This document shows positions 58,026-64,000 of a stretch of DNA of 64,000 bases, piece after piece. Within the stretch, counting starts at the first letter, position 1; every line of letters starts with the position of its first letter. Made by a program: the position numbers and the translations under genes. This DNA comes from Opitutaceae bacterium (GTDB lineage: Bacteria > Verrucomicrobiota > Verrucomicrobiia > Opitutales > Opitutaceae), in the NCBI GenBank assembly GCA_017994935.1, contig JAGOJU010000016.1, positions 3,232 through 67,231 of the forward strand, in the 5' to 3' direction. The notes under the pieces are model-generated. The model did not search any database. It saw nothing but the letters and a program-made list of their open reading frames with translations, and was not told the DNA's origin.

Positions 58026-59564
58026 ATGAAAAACTTCTATCTGACGACCGCCATCGATTACGTGAACGGTTCGCCCCATCTCGGCCATGCCTATGAGAAG
58101 GTGCTTTCCGATGTCATTGCGCGTTTTCGTCGTCTGATGGGAGACCGCGTCTGGTTCCTGACGGGCACCGACGAACACGGTCAGAAGGTGCAGCAAACTG
58201 CTAGGAAACAAGGAGTTGAGCCACAGGCCTTCGTGGATGAGGTCAGCGCGGAGTTCGTTGCCCTGTGCGCGAAGCTCAACATCTCAAACGATGATTTCAT
58301 CCGCACCACGGAGCCGCGGCACAAGAGGGTGGTCGCCGAGGTTTTGCAGAAGCTTTTTGAGAAGGGCGAAATCTACAAGGGCGAGTACCGTGGATTCTAT
58401 TCGACGCGTCAGGAGCAGTTCCTTCAGGACAAGGATCGAAATCCCGACGGTACCTGGCCGGAGATATTCGGAGAGGTGACGGAGATCACCGAAACCAACT
58501 ATTTTTTCAAGTTGCGGCAGTATCAGGACTGGCTGGTGGGGTTTCTTCAGGAAAACGAGGACTTCATTTTTCCGAGGTATCGCGCGAAGCAGGTGCTCGA
58601 GTTTCTGAAGGAACCCCTGAATGACCTCTGCATTTCGCGTCCGCGCGAACGCCTCGAATGGGGGATACCGCTGCCTTTCGATTCGGGTTATGTCACCTAT
58701 GTCTGGTTTGACGCGCTTCTGAACTACTATTCGGCGGTGGCTGACCGGCCGGGCGTCTGGCCGGCCACCGTGCATGTGATCGGCAAGGACATCCTTGTTC
58801 CTCCTCACGCGGTCTATTGGCCGATCATGCTGAAGGCTTCCGGAATCCCGTTGCCGAAGTCGATCCTGGCCCATGGGTGGTGGTCGATCAACGGGTCGAA
58901 GATGTCGAAGAGCACCGGCAACTTCGTGGATGCGCTGGAGTATGCCGACAAGTACGGCGCGGATGCCCTGCGCTATTTCCTGATCCGGGAGATGAGCGTG
59001 GGACAGGACAGCGATTTTTCACACGGACAATTCCTCATCCGTTACACCTCGGAGCTCGCGAACAATCTCGGCAATCTCGTCAATCGCACGCTCAACATGA
59101 CCAACCGTTTTGGCGGCGGAAAGGTGCCGGCTGCCGAGGCGGAGGAAACTCCAGAGACCGAATTGAAGTCCCACTGGGAACGTACGCGGGATGAAGTCAT
59201 CGGGCTTCACGAGGGCTATCAGTTTCACACGGCGCTCGAACGGATCCTGTCGTTTGTCACGGCCACCAACGCCTACATCGAGTTGCGCGCTCCCTGGAAG
59301 CTCGGCAAATCCGCCGAGGCCCGCGACCAGGCGCTGCTGCGGACGGCGCTTGCCACGATGGCGGAGGCCCTGCGCCTGGCTGCGGCTGCGCTTGCGGCCG
59401 TCATGCCGTCCACCACGGGGAAGATCCAGGGCGTGCTGGCGCATTCGCCGGCCCCCGTGTGGCGCGACGAACTGCTTTGGGGAACCCGGCTGAAGGGAAA
59501 CCAGGTCGCCACGACGGCGATTCTCTTTCCGCGACCGCAGGAGCCCAAGCCCGACGCGAAGTGA
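58026..59564 (+). CDS. metG: Methionine--tRNA ligase
   Basis: Class I motifs HLGH (GSPHLGHAYE) and KMSKS (GSKMSKSTGN). Typical MetRS blocks. Confidence 0.95.
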   Translation: MKNFYLTTAIDYVNGSPHLGHAYEKVLSDVIARFRRLMGDRVWFLTGTDEHGQKVQQTARKQGVEPQAFVDEVSAEFVALCAKLNISNDDFIRTTEPRHKRVVAEVLQKLFEKGEIYKGEYRGFYSTRQEQFLQDKDRNPDGTWPEIFGEVTEITETNYFFKLRQYQDWLVGFLQENEDFIFPRYRAKQVLEFLKEPLNDLCISRPRERLEWGIPLPFDSGYVTYVWFDALLNYYSAVADRPGVWPATVHVIGKDILVPPHAVYWPIMLKASGIPLPKSILAHGWWSINGSKMSKSTGNFVDALEYADKYGADALRYFLIREMSVGQDSDFSHGQFLIRYTSELANNLGNLVNRTLNMTNRFGGGKVPAAEAEETPETELKSHWERTRDEVIGLHEGYQFHTALERILSFVTATNAYIELRAPWKLGKSAEARDQALLRTALATMAEALRLAAAALAAVMPSTTGKIQGVLAHSPAPVWRDELLWGTRLKGNQVATTAILFPRPQEPKPDAK

Positions 59565-59592
59565 TGATTGTTGGAATTCCTCACTCCGACGC

Positions 59593-61077
59593 GTGACGAT
59601 CCTCCCGCTCAATCCCACGGAAAACGCCACGCCGGAGGCGCTGACGGGATTTTTCTCACGGTGTCGCGACGCTGCGCGCGCCAGCGGGTGCGCGCAACTT
59701 GTGAGCATCACGGTGGCGGTGGAGGCGCTGGATCCGCTTGCGGTTCTCGAGTCCATCTATGAGCCGGGAGAACTGCATTTCTATGCGGAGAATCCACGCA
59801 TGGAGACCGCGATCGCCGGCGCTGATGCCGTCGCCTCGCTGGAGACCTCCGGACCGGGCCGGTTCGCCGAGGTGCAGGCGTTCATCGACCGGACATTGGA
59901 GCACACCCTCGCGGTGGGAGAGGTTGCCGCTCCGTTTGGCGGGCCGCATTTCTTCACGACTTTCGCGTTCCATGATTCTGTCACACCCGGAGAGCCGTTT
60001 CCCGCAGCCCGCGTCTTTGTGCCGAGATGGCAGGTGGCGAGAGCCGGCGAGATCACGACGGCCGTTGCCAATGTCATGGTGGAACCGGAGAGCGACCCCG
60101 TGGCGCTGACCGGACGTGTCTGGAGGGCGCATCGGAAATTCGCGGCATTCGAGTATCCGGCCGCATCCGCCGCAGACCAGGGGTCCATGAGGGACGGATG
60201 CGCGTCGTCGCCCAACACCGGGGAGGCGCAACGGCCGGAGACCGCGTGTCCGGCTTCGACGCGTGAGGTGGGGGACTATCGGGAGGCGGTGCGAAGGGGC
60301 CTGGAGCTGATCGCAGCCGGCGAAGTAAGGAAGATCGTGCTTGCACGCGCCAAGGAGGTCGTCACGGAAAACCGGATACATCCGCTCCGGCTGCTGAACG
60401 ATCTTCGGCAGCGGTTTCCCGACTGCCATGCCTTCTCGATCGGGGATGGACGCGGGCGCAGTTTCATCGGTGCAAGCCCGGAACGGCTCGTGCGGGTCAG
60501 CCGCGGCAACCTGGAGACCGAGGCGCTGGCGGGTTCAATCCGGCGGGGTGTGGGAGCGAGTGAGGACGCGGCACTGGGGGCGTCCCTCCTGCGAAGCGAA
60601 AAGGATCTTCGTGAACACGCGCTGGTGCTGGATTCGATGGCGCGGCGCCTCGCGCCGCTTGGGATGAAGGTGGACACCGGATTGCGCCCCGGGCTCAAGA
60701 AACTGGCGAATGTGCAGCACCTCTGCACGCCGGTGCGCGTGCCGATGCCCGCCGGCTGCCGTCTGCTCGACGTGGTGGCCGTGCTTCATCCCACCCCGGC
60801 CGTCGGGGGAACACCGCGTGAGCGCGCGGTGGCTCGCATTGCCGAGATCGAGTCTATGCCCAGGGGACTCTATGCGGGCGCCATGGGGTGGGTGAATGCG
60901 CGCGGCGGAGGCGAGTTTGTTGTCGGAATCCGGAGCGCGCTGGTCGACGGCCGGACGGCGCGTGTCTTTGCGGGAGCCGGCATCGTGGCGGGGTCTGTGC
61001 CCGATCAGGAGTTCACCGAGACGGAACTGAAGTTTCGCGCGCTTGAGGACGCCCTGAAGCGGAGCGGCGATTCGTAA
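59593..61077 (+). CDS. menF: Isochorismate synthase-like chorismate-utilising enzyme
   Basis: Chorismate-binding domain motifs SPERLV, LHPTPAVGGTP, RGLYAGAMGW, FAGAGIVAGS. GTG start 59593. The MenF versus EntC/PchA subtype is not resolvable by eye. Confidence 0.75.
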   Translation: MTILPLNPTENATPEALTGFFSRCRDAARASGCAQLVSITVAVEALDPLAVLESIYEPGELHFYAENPRMETAIAGADAVASLETSGPGRFAEVQAFIDRTLEHTLAVGEVAAPFGGPHFFTTFAFHDSVTPGEPFPAARVFVPRWQVARAGEITTAVANVMVEPESDPVALTGRVWRAHRKFAAFEYPAASAADQGSMRDGCASSPNTGEAQRPETACPASTREVGDYREAVRRGLELIAAGEVRKIVLARAKEVVTENRIHPLRLLNDLRQRFPDCHAFSIGDGRGRSFIGASPERLVRVSRGNLETEALAGSIRRGVGASEDAALGASLLRSEKDLREHALVLDSMARRLAPLGMKVDTGLRPGLKKLANVQHLCTPVRVPMPAGCRLLDVVAVLHPTPAVGGTPRERAVARIAEIESMPRGLYAGAMGWVNARGGGEFVVGIRSALVDGRTARVFAGAGIVAGSVPDQEFTETELKFRALEDALKRSGDS

Positions 61078-61185
61078 GGGGGATCGGACTCGAGCAACTG
61101 GGGTACCCTGCCCGTGGCCCGGGAGTCTCCGGCGCACGGAGCTCCCGTGATCCGCGGACAGAGCGGGGCAAACGGAGCGCGATGC

Positions 61186-61776
61186 CTACTTGAGTTTGGC
61201 GAGCTTGGGAAAGTCCATTGCGCCTGCAAAGGATACGAGATCCTCGCGACTCAATCCATTGCCTTCGATGGAAACCATGTAGCGGCCGTCAACCACCGCC
61301 TTGATGTCACCCGACTTGTCGGCATTCCGGAAGGTGACGGCCACACGCTGGCCCTTGATGGTCTCCAGCTTGGCGCCGGATCCGGCGATCATCGCGGGAT
61401 TTGAAAACATCATGCTCATCGACTGCAGCAGCGGCGAGTCGGACTGGATCTGGATGGTGACATGGGCATCGCCCTTGCTGTAGCTGCGCTTGACGCTGAC
61501 CATGCCGCCCATGAAGGCTCCGGCAGTGGCATCGGCCTCGGCCTCTTCCGCTGTCCACCCCGAGGGTGCGTTCGGCAGGATCGCGGCAACGGCGGCGCCC
61601 TTTTTCTGCCGGATCAGCTGTCCGGCGTAGTCGATTGCCTGGAGGGCTTCTGTGTAGTTGTTCGCTTCATACGCGCTGATGCCGGTCTTCAGATTGTCGA
61701 CGACCTCATCGGCCCGTGCGGGCACGGCGAGCATCGCGGCAGCGAGGAGGGAGAGGGGAAGGAGACGTGTTTTCAT
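61186..61776 (-). CDS. Secreted hypothetical protein, 196 aa
   Basis: Clear signal peptide MKTRLLPLSLLAAAMLAVPARA followed by a soluble-looking sequence. No family recognised. Confidence 0.6.
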   Translation of the reverse strand: MKTRLLPLSLLAAAMLAVPARADEVVDNLKTGISAYEANNYTEALQAIDYAGQLIRQKKGAAVAAILPNAPSGWTAEEAEADATAGAFMGGMVSVKRSYSKGDAHVTIQIQSDSPLLQSMSMMFSNPAMIAGSGAKLETIKGQRVAVTFRNADKSGDIKAVVDGRYMVSIEGNGLSREDLVSFAGAMDFPKLAKLK

Positions 61777-61948
61777 GGAGGAAAGGATAGAGGATCAAGG
61801 GTGGCGGTCTGTAGGGATGAAGCAACCCCGGAGTGGCGTTGCAGGATTGACGCCTCGGGGACGGAAGGTGTGATGACCATGCCCGCCCTTGTCCTGGTGC
61901 CGTTGTCGGTGCCGGGGCGCGTATCGGGCGCCTTACGACAAGGTTACC

Positions 61949-63667
61949 ATGGCAAGCCACCCGACCACCGCCGGCGCACAGGCACACACGTACGATGCGA
62001 TCGTCATCGGTTCCGGAATCAGTGGCGGATGGGCTGCAAAGGAACTCTGCGAGAAAGGACTACGGACGCTTGTCCTTGAGCGCGGAAGGCCGGTTGAGCA
62101 CATCAAGGATTACCCCACCGCCGTGGCCGATCCCTGGACGCTGCCGCATCGCGGGAGACTGCCGCGCGACATCGTCGCGGCCAATCCGATCGCCTCGCGC
62201 TGCTATGCGTTCTCCGAGTCGACGGAGCATTTTTTTGTGAAGGATGGGGAGCATCCCTATGTGCAGGAAAAGCCTTTCGACTGGATCCGCGGTTACCAGG
62301 TGGGGGGAAAGTCGCTGATCTGGGCGCGGCAGGTGCAGCGCTGGAGCCGGTTCGAATTCGAGGGACCGGCCAGGGACGGATTTGCGGAGTGGCCCATCGG
62401 ATATGACGAACTGGCGCCCTGGTATTCGCACGTGGAGCGTTTTGCTGGCATCAGCGGAAATCGGGACGGACTCGAGGAACTGCCGGACGGCGAATTTCTT
62501 CCCGCGTGGGAGATGAATGATGTGGAGAAGCACGTGAGGTCCCGGATCACTTCCGCCTTTCCGGAACGTCATGTTATCCAGGGACGGTGCGCCCACCTCA
62601 CTGCGATGCAGCCCCAGCATGTGGCGCAGAACCGGACCCGCTGCCAGGCGAGGAATCTCTGCGCTCGGGGGTGTCCCTTCGGCGGCTACTTCAGTTCCAA
62701 TTCGTCGACGCTGCCATGGGCGCAGCGCACCGGGAACCTGACCGTGCGTCCGCATTCGGTGGTGGAGTCGATCCTGCTGGATGAGGACGGGCAGCGACGG
62801 GCAAAGGGTGTGCGCGTCATTGATGCACAGACACGGCAGGCGACGGAGTATTTTGCACGCGTGATCTTCGTCAATGCCGGGTGCCTGAATTCGAACCTCA
62901 TCCTGCTGAATTCCACATCGCGGCGTTTTCCCGCGGGCCTCGGCAATGACCACGGTCTGCTCGGCCGGTACGTGGCCTTTCACAACTACCGGGGCACGTT
63001 GTCCGGATGGATAGACGGCTTTGAATCGTCCTACTATTCGGGGCGGAGGCCGACCCAGCTGATGATGCCCAATTTTCGCAACGTCCGCCGGCAGGAGATG
63101 TCGTTTCAGCGTGGCTACATGACCTTTTTTGGTGCGGCGCGCGCGGGATGGACGCGAGGAAACTCCCTTGCAGGGGCCGGTGCCGCCTACAAGGAATCGC
63201 TGACGCGCCCCGGGCCGTGGCAGGTTCACATGATGATGCAGGGTGAAACGGTTCCAAGGTATGGGAATCATGTCCGGCTTTCGCCCGATGCGCGTGATTC
63301 GTGGGGCATGCCGCAGCTGGTGACCTCCGTCGGCTACACCGAGAACGATGACCGGCTGACAGCGGACTTTCTCGAGCAGGGCGAGGCGATGCTCGGCGCG
63401 GCGGGAGTGAAGGGGATCCAGACGCGGGACTCCCATCACGCGCCGGGACTGGACATCCATGAGATGGGCGGCGTGCGCATGGGACGTGAGGCCAGGGGTT
63501 CCATGCTCAACGGCACGAACCAGCTCCATGCGTGTGCCAATGTCTTTGTGACGGACGGCGCGTGCATGACTTCCACCGGATGTCAGAATCCCTCGCTTAC
63601 CTACATGGCGCTCACGGCGCGCGCGGCGAATCACGCCGTGGAGGAAATGAAGAAGGGAAACCTGTGA
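61949..63667 (+). CDS. GMC family FAD-dependent oxidoreductase (gluconate 2-dehydrogenase flavoprotein-like)
   Basis: YDAIVIGSGISGGWAAKEL FAD-binding fold. C-terminal HEMGGVRMG and NVFVTDGA motifs. ATG at 61949. Confidence 0.85.
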   Translation: MASHPTTAGAQAHTYDAIVIGSGISGGWAAKELCEKGLRTLVLERGRPVEHIKDYPTAVADPWTLPHRGRLPRDIVAANPIASRCYAFSESTEHFFVKDGEHPYVQEKPFDWIRGYQVGGKSLIWARQVQRWSRFEFEGPARDGFAEWPIGYDELAPWYSHVERFAGISGNRDGLEELPDGEFLPAWEMNDVEKHVRSRITSAFPERHVIQGRCAHLTAMQPQHVAQNRTRCQARNLCARGCPFGGYFSSNSSTLPWAQRTGNLTVRPHSVVESILLDEDGQRRAKGVRVIDAQTRQATEYFARVIFVNAGCLNSNLILLNSTSRRFPAGLGNDHGLLGRYVAFHNYRGTLSGWIDGFESSYYSGRRPTQLMMPNFRNVRRQEMSFQRGYMTFFGAARAGWTRGNSLAGAGAAYKESLTRPGPWQVHMMMQGETVPRYGNHVRLSPDARDSWGMPQLVTSVGYTENDDRLTADFLEQGEAMLGAAGVKGIQTRDSHHAPGLDIHEMGGVRMGREARGSMLNGTNQLHACANVFVTDGACMTSTGCQNPSLTYMALTARAANHAVEEMKKGNL

Positions 63668-64000
63668 ATCGCCGCGAAGCCCTTCGTCGTTTCGGCCATG
63701 CCGCGGGCGCCCTTGTGATCTGGCGCGCCCTGCCGTTCCCGTCCTGGGCGGCGCTGCCGGAGATCGAGGGATGGAAGAAGATCGAAGTGACGCTTCTCAC
63801 TGCGATCGGCGACACGATTCTTCCCGCCACGGCTGGGTCCCCTGGTGCCGGGTCCCTTCACATCGGCAGGTTTGTCGTGATGATGCTCGCGGAGTGTCAT
63901 GCTCCGGCCGATTCCGAAGACGTGCGGTCATTCCTGTCGGAGTTCGAGAGAAGCATCGGATCGAATGATGGGGAACGCTTCGAACAACTCGAACCGGATG
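63664..64000 (+). CDS. Gluconate 2-dehydrogenase subunit 3-like small subunit with Tat signal (partial, runs off right edge)
   Basis: My own translation from GTG 63664, which overlaps the GMC stop (GTGA): VNRREALRRFGHAAGALVIW...LLTAIGDTILPATAGSPGAGSLHIGRFVVMML... It stays open to the window end. Not in the ORF track because it has no stop. Confidence 0.65.
   Translation, partial: MNRREALRRFGHAAGALVIWRALPFPSWAALPEIEGWKKIEVTLLTAIGDTILPATAGSPGAGSLHIGRFVVMMLAECHAPADSEDVRSFLSEFERSIGSNDGERFEQLEPD

Noticed and set aside
61110-61150. GC-rich hairpin (gggag-t-ctccg gcgca cggag-ctccc) between convergent menF and the 196-aa gene as a bidirectional terminator
   Set aside because: It is a stable stem with no U-tract on either strand. 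It may still act as a terminator in a high-GC organism, but I cannot support the call from sequence alone.

Overview
GC-rich chromosomal segment (about 60-65% GC by eye, not computed). It is densely packed with housekeeping and envelope or nutrient-uptake genes. The protein repertoire suggests a Verrucomicrobia/Opitutales-like Gram-negative: several TonB-dependent receptors without SusD partners, STN-domain receptors, 'NLS.R' repeat domains, and Tat-exported Gfo/Idh/MocA and GMC oxidoreductases. This taxonomic guess is inference only. I support about 50 CDS, 2 tRNAs (Ser-GCU, Tyr-GUA) and 2 clear intrinsic terminators. I found no rRNA, CRISPR array, integrase, transposase or recognisable defence genes. 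The most notable system is a complete, translationally coupled six-gene ebo/EDB-type cluster at 21.8-27.5 kb. It encodes a small hypothetical protein, a TatD hydrolase, a xylose-isomerase-like TIM barrel, a UbiA prenyltransferase, a dehydroquinate-synthase-like sugar-phosphate cyclase and an NPP-type phosphodiesterase. The product of this cluster type is chemically uncharacterised, and an orphan GT-C-like polytopic membrane protein abuts it. Other items worth a second look: (1) a five-gene operon that places a REC-histidine kinase, a CheY, a 71-aa overlapping ORF and an Hpt protein around a PilB/GspE ATPase; (2) the two longest G/C homopolymers in the window (C9 and C8 on the coding strand), both just after the start codons of the hybrid kinase and of a GT2 glycosyltransferase and both within the shared string TGATTCCCCCCCC, which makes them possible phase-variation switches; (3) two unusually long intergenic regions (about 531 bp and about 635 bp) without convincing ORFs; (4) several perfect palindromes in divergent promoter regions; (5) a secreted cyclophilin-Ig-tandem-repeat protein next to an STN-type TonB receptor that lacks sigma/anti-sigma genes. 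All family assignments come from motif recognition by eye in the supplied translations. No database search was run.
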